From contig JBITNC010000001.1 in NCBI GenBank assembly GCA_050084985.1, positions 126,232,001 to 126,296,000 of the forward strand: DNA of 64,000 nucleotides, given 5' to 3'. This stretch comes from Nageia nagi (Eukaryota > Plantae > Pinophyta). Positions 38,101 through 52,369 of this stretch are shown here, one piece after another; position 1 is the first letter of the stretch, and every line of letters begins with the position of its first letter. The notes beneath the pieces were generated by a model. That model made no database searches, was not told where the DNA came from, and was given only the letters and a program-made list of their open reading frames with translations. Made by a program: the position numbers and the translations under genes.

Positions 38101-39224
38101 AATATACTATATGATATCTTATTATTATAATTTTACAAAGGGATAAAGATTATATAGAGAGGGAGAGATGAAGGGGAGATGAAAATACATAACAAAATTA
38201 TAATTATTATACAAAAAAAAGTGTCAAACCTCAAAGAAAACTATGGAATTAGGTTGGAGTTCTCATAGGTGTTAGTAACTAGCAAAAATAATTTATCTAA
38301 ATAGGAGCACATATAAGGCTAGGAATAATTATATCTTTGTAGCTAGTGTAAACAACTAGAATTTCACCACCTCAAAGTGGGGAAGGATATGATTTCAGAT
38401 TTCTATTGTTTAATACTATATATTTCCTATTGTAGCTCTTCAACTAGCATTGCATGATGATAATGGTATTCAATTCTTTCGTTATGTTGAAATTGGGATA
38501 TAATTCTATTATTTTTATTGATTGCTTTGTAACATATTGGATCTAGTTTGTTTTTCTATTTCAATTCTACATGTGTTCTCAATGTTACTTATACTCCATT
38601 CTATTTTTTTATAATTTATATTTTAGTTATGTTTTATTTATTATTTTCAATAACAAGGCCAAATTCTAGTTTTTGTTGTTGAAGATGTGAAGTTGCAACT
38701 TGTGACTAAGAACAAAATAAAGGTTTCTATTTTCAATCTTAATGCATTCAATATTAATTTTCTTGAAAGAATAAAGGAAACAATTTAATAGTAAAAAATG
38801 GATTTTTTAACTAAGAAAAAAATAGAAGGGTTCTAAAGAACACATACAAAAAAATATGATATTTTAACCAAAACAATAGTGGCCATGATGCTCAAACTAA
38901 CCTAGATAATGTGAGGTAAATTTAATGGTAGAAGTTGGTAGGAGGACCATTGAAATTGGGATCCTAAAAACTTAGGTTGCTAGTTCTAGGGTTGGTTAGG
39001 AGTACAAGCCATGGAGCTAGAAAATGAGATTCATGACCTGCATCATGGTATTTAAGTTTTGCAAATTGATATATCAGGATCCCAATCTAGGGTCAATTGA
39101 TGAGCCCATGTTGAGATCCCAATATCTCGTAGGACCAAGATCTCCAAATATACGAATCCTAATTTATTTTATATTGGATTCCCAATTTTTTTGACCTCAA
39201 AGTTTTACTCCATACTTCCTCTTT

Positions 39225-39252
39225 AAGTGGACCCAACTTCTTTCTTCCACCC
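39225..39252 (-). repeat. right TIR of the Sola2-like element
   Basis: AAGTGGACCCAACTTCTTTCTTCCACCC followed by TTAT. An extra subterminal match: 39188-39203 vs 23442-23457 (15/16). Confidence 0.88.
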
Positions 39253-39256
39253 TTAT

Positions 39257-41150
39257 ATTTTATAATCTACACCTAAAATTTGTAAGGAATACCCCTCATA
39301 GCTTGAAAATACATTTGTTTCCTAAGATTAAGAATATATATATTTTGGGTGATGTGATAGGTAGGATTAAAAAGGTTGATTATATATGGAGCTAAAGCAC
39401 ACCACAACCCATATATAAACTTGGTCTATCAAATATATTTCTAAAATGGACCATAAAATACTTGAGAGTGTTCATGTACATCAAATGAGGAAAATAAGAA
39501 CTAATAATTACTATTAGTTTGGATAGGAATAAAAAGAATTAAAAGAATATCATTCCAAGTATGAGGATGAAATAAATAGTGATGTATTTGATATTAAATA
39601 TTCATATAATTATAATTTGAATTTGCCTTAAGATTGAACATCTACTTCCTTCAAAGAAGTAGTAATTTAGAATACATGGAAGGGTGTGATATTAAAGAAA
39701 TTTGATATACTCTTCAAGAATGAGATATGAAGTTAGTTGCTCCTCTGTATGGAATGAAACCAATATGTTATAATTTATCTATAAAGTAAAGTACAAATCA
39801 AATATCTCACTTGGTAAACAAAGTATGAGTCTTTTTACAAAAGAAATAACTCAAAAAGAAGGAATTGACTACAATAAGAGATTCTACATTATAAAGAAAT
39901 GGACTATTGTTAATACTTTATTGTACTAAGTTGTTAGCTAGATATGGATCTAAAATTCAACATATAAATGTAAATATAAGATTCCTAAATGGAGATCTAA
40001 AGGAGAATTTGTACATGATTGAACCTAATTTTTTTCTATGAAATAATAAAAATATAAAGTCTACATGTTAATAAACTCATTGTATGGTCTCAAACAAAAT
40101 CCTTGCACTTCATGCATGAAGTTGACTAAACATATCATAAAGATCAATTTACAACACTTTCATTTTCATGATGTAACACTTTTTTATCAAGAAATCTAAC
40201 ATAATTGTTGCATATTTTCTATTTTATGTTGATGATATTTTTATTAGTTGAAAAAAATGAGGGTATATTTTCAATCAAAGAATAATTAAAGAAGTATTTT
40301 AAAATGATAGATATGGGTTATCATTATTACTACTTAAAAATTGAAATCACATAAAATGCCAAGTGTATCTCATATGTCAATAAAATTGAATTGATTATTT
40401 ATTTGATAGATTAGAAACCAAATATTGTAAACCTATATGAATTTTAATGAAAAAGAAATTAAAGCTCACATAAAAAGAACTAGAATATTTTGAAGATATA
40501 AAAAGAAACAAATTTTATGTTGATGAAAGTTTTGTTAATCTCATAATAATATGTACTTTCATGTTCTTTAATTTTAAATTCCTTTTCTAATGCACCCTAT
40601 GAAGGTTATTTGCAAGCAAAAAAGTGAATTCTTTATTGCTTGAATGAAACACAAAACCCTTGACTCGTATTTGAAAAAAAAACTTCTAATCAATTAGTTA
40701 TTTAGACTTCAACTATAATGGAGATAAATAAATTAAGAAATCATGTTAGAAATTCTCAAGAATCTTGGATCAATAGTAATCTCTTAGAAATGATGAGAGC
40801 AATTAGTTCAAATAGATTTGTATGTGGTAGCTATAGAAGAAAATAAATATATAATTTAACTCATGCATTTTAAAAAATTTATAGGAGAAATAAGTCAATT
40901 GTTTTTAATTGATAATGGATAACACTTTTGCAATAAAGTTTGCTAAGAATATAATATTTCACAATTGAATAAATCACCAAAATATAATCTAATTTATAAT
41001 ATTGTAAGTATTAAAAATATATAGTTAAAGCATTATTACATAGATGACTAGATAGGATATATCCTTATCAAAGTACATGAAAGAGAAACTTTCAAGATAA
41101 TTATGAAAATTCTTAGGCTATAAGAACCCTTTAAAATTAGGAGAGAACTA
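39257..41150 (+). mobile_element. decayed Copia RT/RNase H (right half of the host element)
   Basis: YKVKYKS, QKEGIDY (39850), FLNGDLKE.LYM, KLIVWSQ/LYGLKQ (40080) and YVDDI (40225) remnants. Confidence 0.8.
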
Positions 41151-41399
41151 TTATATTAGAAATAGTTTTTTTTATTTTCTATAATGTAACCCTATGGATT
41201 GCATTAATGTAATATGTATGATAAATCTTAGGAGAAGTTTATTAGCCATTCTTTGATGGTGAATAGGAGAGTCATATACATATTCTTTATATTCATCATT
41301 GCATATGTGCTTGGTCACAAGTTTGAATACATATCCTTATATTTTTCTCTAATCTTAGAGGTGAAGTGACTATTTAATGTATTATTATAATTGAAGAAA

Positions 41400-43300
41400 A
41401 AAATAGTTATGGAGTTTAAGATATAATTAATTAAATATTTAAAATCTACAATCTGTCAATACTAAAGAGGTATTTTTTTAGCTTGAATCAATATAAAGAG
41501 AAAAATAATTTTATGAAGTGTATACAAATACCAACTATTTTAGAGAAAAGTTCACAAGAGATAAAGCATGGAAGATTTCATATCCACTCAAATTTATTCA
41601 CTTTTATATCTATGGTATTATAAAATTTGAAATCTTTTGATAAATCATCTTATTTCATTAATTTTAAAAATGGGTTTTTTTATTAATTGTTGATTTTTTA
41701 TTTTATGAATAAAAATGAGGCTTTGAGTATATTCATTGATTTGAACCTTAGGTGGATAATTACTATGGGTATAAAATCAATTCTTTATGGATTAAACAAA
41801 ATGAAGTGAATTATTTTAGTAATTCAGATAATTTTTTTATTGAAATAGCATTAAGTAATTCAATTTCTCAAAAAAATGGGTTTGTAGAGAATAAAAACTA
41901 AGTTAATTATGAAAAAGCAACATGTATACTTTAGTGTAAGGGGTTAAGATATTCAAATTATGCTTATGTGATTGCCACAATAACTCATTTTCATTATAGT
42001 GTTGAAATAAATGCTCTGAATAATATATTTCCTCATGATTCAAAGTTTTTAAATAAGACCAATGTAACTTATTAGAATATTTATATTTATTTAGCTTTTA
42101 ATGATAAGAAGAAGGAGAAATATGATATAATAAGTAAACCTTCTATATTCATTATATATTTTAAAAATAGAAAAACTTCTGCATTTCATAATATAAAAAT
42201 AACGAAGTGGCGGCTTCAAGCGATATGATAATCATGAAGGGAATTTATGGATAATCTAAAAAACTATATTTATTAGATAATATATGTAGAAGATGTTATT
42301 AGTTTTTTGTGTTATACCAATCCTCTATTACATCCACTAAATAGACCATCAATAAGTCTTGAAGAGACTTTCTTTAGAGATTGACCATCAAGTCTGATTA
42401 CTAGCATCATCAAAAGTAAAGAAAGTAATAAAACTCTTTTAATGTATACATAACTTAAATTACTTCATAAGAAATTTTGAAGAAGAATTTCAACAATCGA
42501 AGCCTATGAATTTGACCATATTCTTGCTAGCTTAGAGAGATTATACTTTTATAGATGTTGAAGGATAACCAAAACGTGAGATGTCCAACTATGATTTATT
42601 ATTATGACTTCAAATTGAATCTTTTTATTTTCAATATTGTTATAATATTGATATCTAAATAAAGTTTATGTAAGAAAAAATTAATTACAATAAAAAATGG
42701 TGCATATAATCTTATGAATATTTTTAAGAGTAAAATAATCTTGAAATCTATGTGGGTCTACAACATCAAATATAATAAAGATCATAATGTTTGAGAGACA
42801 ATGTAAATAGTTTAGTTAAATATTTGAATTAATTAATTATAAAAAGGCCTCTACATCAATAGATAGGATAATTAGAATATCATTTTTCTTGATAGCAAAA
42901 AAGAAATCAAATGTGGATGTTAAAATATATTTACAAATGAGGCACATACACATAAATAAAGAAATATATATATATATTAATGGTTTTAAGTTTAAGAATG
43001 AATAGGACTATGTATAATAGTTAAAGAAGACTTTGTATTGCTTTAAAAATTATTTTTGGAAAAGGTACACCCATATAGATGCATATTTTTAAAAATATAT
43101 ATTCAAGAGAAGTTAGCATTATTTCATATTTTACTTCAAGATAAAAGGTAATGATCTTGTTCTTTTGAAGTTGTATGAAGATAATGTTGTATACATTAAA
43201 ATAAAGTATATAAATAAACTAGAATTTAAAAAATTAATGATGAATAAATTTCATGAAAGATTTGGCATTGATACATTATGTTTTTGGAATGGAGGTTCAG
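41400..43300 (+). mobile_element. second, highly decayed Copia remnant (integrase to RT)
   Basis: LW..R GAG-pre-integrase, QKNGFVENKN (PQQNGVAERKN-like, 41870), WVYNIKY (42753), DVK and LKKTLY remnants. Confidence 0.65.
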
Positions 43301-43699
43301 TAATATAAACATGAATGGAAAATGGTTGCTTTGTGTAGGGAAAAAGGTACTAAACCAATTAATTCTAAGCAATCATCAAAAAGCTATGCTTAGACTATAG
43401 CTCTTAAATCGATGTTGGAAATTAAAGCTCTTCCTCCTCCCACTCCTTAAAGTGTCATGGAGTCATAGGATTCTTCAGAGGAGGATTATCTTCCTCTAGT
43501 TTCCATAGTTATTCAGTAGTTAGAGCAAGTGGAGGGGGTTCACACTCGAGTGATAGAACAAACATTCCTATGACCCACCTCAAGGAAATCTAGTGTTACA
43601 CATGGATAAACTATATCATACTAGTCCCATGAATAAAGGATAGGAATAGTTTTTTAATAATTATTTCCAAACTCTTTCTAATTCAAAACTAGATATGGA

Positions 43700-46030
43700 T
43701 CGTTAAGGAGGTATGATCCTAGACATTCTTGAATGAATTTCTTTGCTTAGAATGTTCAAAGATTGATTGATCCAATTTGATGTTACATGACATAAGAATA
43801 AATGTTTTCATATTTGAAAATGTATGGTCACCTTGATTTTGTGTGTCTACAGAAGTTAAAGAAACTAACTTCACTTTACAATCAACATGTACTTCCATTT
43901 GGCTAAGCAAGAAGGTGTATGCCATGAATCACCCTTATGGGAGTGGTAGTGACATCATTCTATTAAGAAACAAATGAAAAAATAAATTCATGTCATGGGG
44001 TATTGAATTTAATCATCATGTTGTATGGTTATTGCTTAAAGTGAGAATATCTTTCAAATTCATTAATGTTTATGCATCAAATGATGCCTTCAAAAGGTAT
44101 GCATTATGGTGGTGGTTTGCATTTTCACTTTCACTAGAAGTTTGGATTATATGTGGAGATTTTAATATGTTGGGAAAAGCATCTTACAAGATCAACTCCA
44201 CTCTTAATAAGTGGGCCCTTGGGAATGAGAGGCATGGTTCTTTATGAAACACAAGTTAGGGTTGACCCTAATATCAACTTTAATGTCAACCTTTTTCTAG
44301 ATTATATTTGGTATATCTATTCTAAATTTTAAGTTGACCATGCACATGTTATCAAAAAACTTGACCATGCTATGATTATTGATTGTTGAGAATTCTCCTT
44401 TTCTTGAAAGGTACCCTCGGTCCCATTTATAAAAACTATTTTGGGCCTCACCTCATTTGATCATCTCCCTAATACTTTTAAAATTTAGATTACTTATTTG
44501 CCTTAGGGTATTTCAAATCTTAGTTATTTCTAAATACTTATTTCTTATAGAGCCATATTATGCTATCCCACATCCATAGAGTGTGGAACCTAGCCCCTTG
44601 ACCTTTTGGAGATACAAGGTGGATAGATTGGTGGAATTCAACCATATTCTACATATCTATTATTTTGCACAAGTTCTAGGTAATAAGGTTGCATAGTTCA
44701 TACACCAATCCTTTTTATTATATAGGAAGGCAATTCATTCTATACACACTTATAAACACAAGCTACCAAGATTAGACATGAGCTCAAGCTAATTGAATTG
44801 TATGTAGTTAAGGGAGCCCAAATTAAAGCCAAAATACATTATTTAAGAAAAGGGGATAAGGTTTCCAATGATGTTTTTCAAAAAACCCATCCACCAAGAT
44901 AAGAAACATAATTCAAAGTTATGTATGATGAGAGAGTTTGATTAACATCTCTTTTGGAGATTGCTAACTCTTTTAGCCATCATTATACTCAAGTGTTTAT
45001 GACTCATCCCTACACTCATTAGCAATCTCTAGATTTGCAAAAATATAAATATGTAATATCTTCTCCACTCTCTCCTTAACATTGAGTTGAGTGTGAAAAC
45101 CTCTTATATATTAAGGAGTTCAAGGATGCTCTTATGCAAATGGTAGATCATAAAAATTCATGGCATGATGATTTTACTTATGAATTCTATAATGCTTATG
45201 ATGATATTTTACTTATGAATTTTACCTTCATAAGATTTACCTTAAGTTAGTTCAAGTTAGCTCTCTATGGGTCCTTATCAAGAAAGAGAATATTAAGTTC
45301 ATCCTAGAGTAGGGTGACTAGGATCTAATTACAAACTAGAGGCCGATTACTCTTTTTAATGTTAGTTACAAAATTATTCCAAAGGCCCTTGCATTATGCC
45401 TTAGGCCCATCCTTGCGATCACTGTTCATCCTAAGAAAACTAGATTAATTTAGAATTGCTATATCATAAATAATTTTATCAATTTTTGGTAAGGAATGGA
45501 GTGGGATTGGCTCACCAACCAATGAGCTCTCTTTTTCAAACTAGATTTTAAAAAAGCTTATGATAGGATTGAATGGGCCTTCATTCTTTCTATGTTGGAA
45601 GCTTTAGGCTTTGACCCCATATTTATGAACACTATAAACATGTTATTTAATGATGCTTATGTTGTTCTTTATTTGAAAAATATGTAGAATCAAGCCATAG
45701 GGATTGAGTACTCTATTTGACATAGTTGGATACTAGCTTGTCAAGCATTCTAGTGAAGACAAAATTGTGGGGATCATTCTTCCTCAGAATCAAGGTTAGA
45801 TTTTTAATGGGAACATTGTATATGATTCTTTACTAACCATTCATGAGGATGAGAAATCCATATCTAACATAATGGAATGCATAAACACTTTTGTCAAGAA
45901 TCCAACTCTAGTATTCAATGGAAGAAAAGCTTTTGCTATAAGTAGTCCCCTCTAGATATTCCATCATGGTTAACTAATTATGAATTGAATTGGATTCAAC
46001 TTGGGGAGGTGTTTTATTTTTTAGGAATCC
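43700..46030 (+). mobile_element. decayed LINE (L1-like) ORF2: AP endonuclease plus RT, 3' truncated
   Basis: CLQEVK (43843), FINVYAS, WIICGDFNM, DH (44459), N*RPITLFNVSYKII.KALA (45333) and KLDFKKAYDRIEW (45538). Confidence 0.85.
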
Positions 46031-46034
46031 AAAA

Positions 46035-47040
46035 ATAAGATCTAATATGACCACTACTAAACAACTTCCAATTAGTAAGACACATATATCTGCATGGGGC
46101 AATGATAATCAAGAGTCCTCCTAGGATGTGTGTTGAATGTTTATTCTTGCTAGTTGTCTATTGTGAATATTCTGCCAAGGACCCCTTGATGAGAACATTA
46201 GTAGGGGTAGGTGATTTATTGCACTTTCAATACATTTAGATATTAATTTAATTAATTAAAGATTAATTCAATTAATAAGATTATGTGATGCAGGATTAAT
46301 TTAATTAATTAAATTAGCAGCTTTATAAAAAAATACTTAATACTTAAAATTATTATTATTAATAATATTATCTAATAAATTAAAATAAATTATAAAACAA
46401 AAATAATTATGGATAAGCTTAAGGAAAATATAAGCTTAACACATGGTCGGATAGAGTTAAGTGACAACTAAGAATTTGATGTCATGAAAATAAAATATTA
46501 TTATTTTATAAGAAACCCTAATCTTTTGAAAAGTTATAAATATACTCTTAGAGTTCACATTTTGGAAGGAATTGCAAGTGAGAAGCAAAGCTCTGGAGAA
46601 ATTGTAAGTTAACGCAAGAGCTAGGGTTTTCGAGACTTAGGGTAGTCTTAGAAAAATCACTTGAAGATGCAAGGTTATGCTATTGATTTGGAAGGTCAAC
46701 CATTTTACTTTATGAAAGATGTTTCTTTAGCATTGAAGGGTTTTGGATTCATTTTAATAATTTGATCAATTTGATAGCATTTATTAGGTCATTCTATTCT
46801 AATTTCTTAGTTAGGTTATATAGAAATGATATTATAAATATTTTTGTATGAGGATGAAAGAAAAATAATAGTTTCCACTTAGAAAGTAAAGAAAATGTTA
46901 CTCTGAATGTTGTGTTTTTAGAACATGTTATGATTTAGGACTTATTTTACCTTGACCTAGTTTATTTTTCTTTGATCTGGTTATTTTGGTTTGATCATTT
47001 AAAAATTTAAATATTGATTTGATTCTTTGATTAGAACTGA
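46035..47040 (+). repeat. LTR remnant of gypsy-type element B
   Basis: 46035-46300 aligns with 63727-63992, inside the LTR starting at 63448; interrupted at 47041 by element A. Confidence 0.7.
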
Positions 47041-50000
47041 TGTAACAACCCGTTCAATTTGCACTATTACAACCTAATTACCATCAAGGATTTTAATGAG
47101 ATTAATTTTGAATTATGTTATTAGATGACTAATTTTGAATAGTGATACACATTATTGTATCGATTTGATGTTAGCTTCAAGATTTTATGATAGGTTATAG
47201 GTTGACTAGAGTTGGAAATTTTGATTAAATACCCAAGGGACCAAGGGTCAGTTAGTGATGAAAATGGGATGGTAAGAGAGAGGAAATGATTTGCATTGGT
47301 TTGCTAACAAACCCTAATGACCATAATAGATCATGTAGATGCATGACATAATTAAAAAGCATAATAGTCAAATTCGATGATGAGTGTATCGATGTGTGTG
47401 TGCAATAATGAACTTACCTTATAGGATGAAGAGACCATCACAAGTAAAAATGGGTGTTAAAAAGTTTGATATGCATTTTCAAAATTTATTCTAAAAGAGA
47501 AAAAGAATATTCCATTCTTTTGAATTTAAATTTTTACTTAAGGTTTTTAGCGAAATGGGCTGAAATTTAAAAGTGATAGTTAAAAAAGATTATTTTCATG
47601 TTGTGGATGTTATAAAGGTATTTTGGTAGGTTGTGAAAATAATTGAGATAGAATCCCCACATACTTTGTTTCTTTGTATTAGGTGTAAGAAATAATTGGA
47701 CTCAATTTATAGGCTAATATAAAAGATTCTAAAATATTTTATGACACCACACTTGCCAATAAAATTAATTTAGACCCACCATATAAAAAATAAAATACCT
47801 ACATCTTCCCCATAGAAAGTATTGAATGGGATGAGTAAATACTTGTTTGGAAATATTATATCCACCTTGGCTATAAATAAGGGAGGAATATTAGGAAAAT
47901 TGACTACCACCTCATCATTCACAAGCTTTGGTATAGAGTCCCATGGAGAGAAGAAGCCTTCGATCTCAAGTCTAGGAGTTTTCCTTTTTTCATCTTAGCT
48001 AATGTATAGCTAAAATTTGAATTCATTTGTTATGTTTGATGATGGTTTATGAATACATATTGATGAGATTAAATTGTTAGTAATAGTATTACTGCTTATT
48101 GAAGAGACACTTCATTTTTTTATTTGATAGTAAATATGTGAAGCTTGTACCTATAGTTAAAAGGAGGCATAGTTTACTATCTTTATTTCAACATATGTTA
48201 GAGAAAGAAAAATTAGAATACATTATTCTATTGGTGGGATAACATATTTTATTGGTGGGGTAACACATTTTATTGGTGGGGTAACATATTTTATTGGTTG
48301 ATAAGACTATTATTTGTGCTTCCCATGCTATGAATACTCTTGAGGAAGTCAACTTTAGCAATGTCTTAAGCTCTTGCCTTAGCCTTTTGCCACTCTCATA
48401 GATATCCAACCAATCTTCCAATGTCCATTTTGAATACCATTGGAAGGCATAATAAGAAAATGTGAAAGGAATATTGGTTATCCACTTATTTCTTCTTCTC
48501 GATAATGTGGACTGAGATATGTTACCTTGCCTAGATGTATTTTTAGTCGATAGGGAACACCATCTTAAGTTCAGCTCCAATCCATTCTAGAATCCATTCC
48601 ACTTACAATAATTTTTGAATGCTTGAAGGTCATTTCCTCCAAGAATAATCCACTTTGCAACCTTTAAATCTAATCCCTATGCTTGTATAGTATTAGGTAC
48701 CTAAAACCAATAGGATATGATTCATTTTTCCTTTATGTTTGATTTGAAAAGACTCCCATGCCTTAGAGAGGCATTTCTTGCACTCATGTAGATAAATTTT
48801 ATTTTTTTCTCTCTATGTAGCTATGCTCTAAAAGCATATGAGCCCTTCAGGGTATAAGTGTGTTGATAAACACCATGTTGTTGAAATTTAAAAGGATAGA
48901 TCTATTGCATAGTAAAATGCTCATTCTACCCAATAGTGAATAATGCTATAGCAATGAAGATGTCACTCCCATATTTTCAAGCCTCCTAAAAGGACTTACC
49001 AGCTTTGAAATGCCATGTTTCTTAGCAATGTGAAGTGTAACTATGATAGGAATGTTTTCAAGTCCAGAACTCCTCTAAACATTTCTTGAATACCATTGGA
49101 AAATAACATGTTTAGCATCAATCAAGTACTTACATACATTGCCTATAGGTTACCTTGATAATTTGGATCATACGAGAATGTAGGGGTGGAGAGAGACTAG
49201 TTTTCATTTAAATATTTTTAATAGATCCTATACTACACATATATTTGTGAAGCTTATATCCATTATTTTTTTTTAATAATGGTAAAGATGTTGTTATGTA
49301 GAAACAAGTATTATGAAATTTGTATTAATTTAATAGGATAGTATGCATAACTAAGCTTTAATATAATTATAATAGTAATAATCTTAGAAGATGTTTAGTA
49401 TAAGATGATCATGACATTATTTTGAGAAAGGTTCTCATGTATTGATTTTAAATTTATCATGTGACCAAGGAAGGGAGGTAGTCCTAGAGAGGACATAAGA
49501 CCTCTCAAGGTTCATAAAATAGTTTTATAATAATGAGATATCATAAATTCATTTTCATCATGGTCATAAATAAGAAAAGGGTTTTCCTAATTCTCAATAC
49601 TCAACACCCCTCTTAGTACCCAATCCAATAACTTTTAAATCCTTGGGAGAATCTCAAATGATGAAGATGGGAGAATCTACACCAAGAGGACAAAGCTCTA
49701 TTGAAGACTCTCTAGACTAAGCCATGACCTATTTTATCATGTGATCATTTGTTAAAATTTATAAGGGAACCCTCTTAATTAATAAGGTTTACCCAAATTT
49801 ATTGTAATCTACTATCATTATGTAATAATATTTGTTGAATAAATGTTTGATGATTTTTCACCAAATACTACCTATGACTTATTGGTATTAATAAAACCTA
49901 TATGTGAAATAATTTATCCTATGATATGTTTTCAATTTGAGGTTACTTAAAATGGTAAGGTTAGAGCTCCAAATATAATTCCATATGAAGATAACTAATA

Positions 50001-52116
50001 GGAAATGTAAAATAATATAAATACAAGGGTAAGGGATGATGTCATTGATACAAATCAAAGAGGAAATTATTTGGTAATCACTATGTGTATTATTGAATTA
50101 TGCTTTTACTTATATAAATTCAAATAATTTAAGAAGGCCTTTAATGGGAAAGCCTTATTGCCTCTACATAATGTAGGTATATATATTACATGAAAATTAT
50201 GATCTCTAACTTCGTAGTCTTCTATCTTGCATGAATGTGGATTTATAAAATCTTATTGTTCTAATATGCTTACAAGATATAACTCACATTATATGAAGAG
50301 AAAATATTCCTAATGCAAGGGGAACTATTTAGTAATACTATATACTAGTATGGATTAAGATTAAATCAAACCCTATGGAATTGATTTTATTAACCCTAGA
50401 CCCTTGTAAATAGATCATAGAAGGGAACTTAGTAGATTTGTATTAAAACACATAGTAAGAAACTCAATTACTAAGGTAAGTAAAAATATATCTTCATTAT
50501 TAATATAAAGGAAACCCTATGTCCTCCAAGAAAATATAAGGTTATAACCCATATCATGGAAATTGACTCAATTAGAGAAGGAGGTTATCTACACCTTCTA
50601 TCCAAAAATAAGTTGATAACAATTGGGATGACCCTAGGGGTCCTTAGATATTGTAAGGGGATCAAATGGGATAGCTTAGTGGGGATATGATAATGATTTG
50701 GTAGAAGATATCCATATAAATGTTAATTTTTACTATCAAAAGAAAAAGAGGATAACTTATAACATGCTTGAAATTAATAAGATAAAAAACATACTCTCAG
50801 GAATAGCCACTTCATGTTTTTAGTAGAGATGTACATGGATACTATGGTAAGAAAACCCTCATGTAAACCTTAAATAAATAAACTCTAGAAGAATGAAATC
50901 AACTTCATAAAATTAAAATAAGAATGAAACTTACATACTCGCTCAATAATGAGGGAAAATGATAGGGAATATTCATTAGTCAAACTCTTACTCACTAAAT
51001 GAAAAGCAAGAAGAATATACCTTGAGTGAGGACCACTTTCCATTGTAATTCTTTTTTAGAAGTAGTTGAATTTAATGTCATCTCAAGGCACATTACTAGA
51101 CTCTAGAATGTAAACTTTTATAAAGTGGTATTAAATACGCAACACCATGTATGTGGGATAATTGTAGTACTTCCAAATATCTTGTATGACTTCCTAAATA
51201 AGCTTGATTTGAATCTTTGTCTATGCATTATTACTTATGGGTTTATAAATGTCAAGGATAATTTGTTTTCATGTATTTAGATAAAGGTAACACCTAATAC
51301 TTGGTATGAGAATGAAACATAAAAAACCTAATATTTGATCTAGGATCAATTACTTTTGTATTGATATAATATAGTTTCTTTTATTTTATAATCTTGTTTA
51401 AAATTTATTAGACTATACAAACCACTTGAGTGTATTACTTCAATACCCATGGGTCCCCAAGATATGGGTAGGAGGATACTAACCCCATGGTGAGCCTAAC
51501 TGATAGATATGGGAAGGCTAGTGTCTCATATCCTCAACATGGTGTTATATAAATATAGTAGTTGATAAAACTATGATTACTAAGTGAGAATAATTTAGTA
51601 GTCATACTACTTATAATTTAGTAGATAGGAGTATGATGACTATTCTATAGGCAATGAAGTTTACCCACTCATAAGAAAGTTTGCCTAGGATAAACTATTT
51701 GATCCTGTGAGTCAAAGAATTATCATTAGGTAAGGATGTGTAACCCTGTGGATGTGTGTTCTCTTAGGTGATATGGGCCCTGAGTAGAAAACCACTACAC
51801 TATGTCCAAAATGTTTGCTACATAGTTTGTGAAGTGGAAATGGTGTGATCAAATATGAGGCATATCCTAATAAGATGAGTGTTGAGGAGTGAGCACTAGA
51901 AGAGGTTTGATTAGGGTTGGTTCATCCAAATTTTAGCCAATCTTACAATGTGAGTGCTAACTAGATAGAAGCATTGATATGCTCATACAGATCACATGGT
52001 CCATTACAAGATTATTAGAGTGTTTAATCTAATAAAAAAAATTAGGTGTAAAATTTTAGGGCTTGAGATGTTAGGAATAGGTGAAAATGTTATCAAAAAT
52101 AGGTGGTAGCATTATA
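47041..52116 (+). repeat. 5' LTR of element A (~5.1 kb)
   Basis: Starts TGTAAC and ends ATTATA (TTACA with C>T) just before the PBS; 47041-50419 is collinear with 57963-60657. Confidence 0.8.
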
Positions 52117-52117
52117 G

Positions 52118-52129
52118 TGGTATTAGAGC
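52118..52129 (+). other. primer binding site (tRNA-iMet, one mismatch)
   Basis: TGGTATTAGAGC vs consensus TGGTATCAGAGC. Confidence 0.8.
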
Positions 52130-52369
52130 ATCAAGTTCAAAATCTTGGGCCTATGGTCCATAATTCTTTTGCTATAAGAGTTTAGGAATACAAGATGAGT
52201 ATGCTTGAGCCTAATAACAATACCATTTGGTGGAATCAAATTATGCCAATTCCAATATGTATGAAAAGAGCTTTGGGAAACTTGCAAAAAGGTGCTAGAA
52301 ATGGCTTTCCTATGAATATCAATGCTAGGGAAAACTAAAGATATGTTAGAGGCCAAAATACAAGAAATA

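Larger units (their letters stand above)
23418..39252 (+). mobile_element. large Sola2-like DNA transposon (15,835 bp) with cargo
   Basis: 28-bp TIRs (23/28 match) with 5'-GGG..CCC-3' ends; 4-bp TSD TTAT at 23414-23417 and 39253-39256; internal DDD transposase; flanks rejoin as Copia integrase followed by RT. Confidence 0.85.

Noticed and set aside
48188-48580. 130-aa ORF with ICYPTNK repeats
   Set aside because: Translation of a 21-bp LTR minisatellite; not preserved in the 3' LTR.
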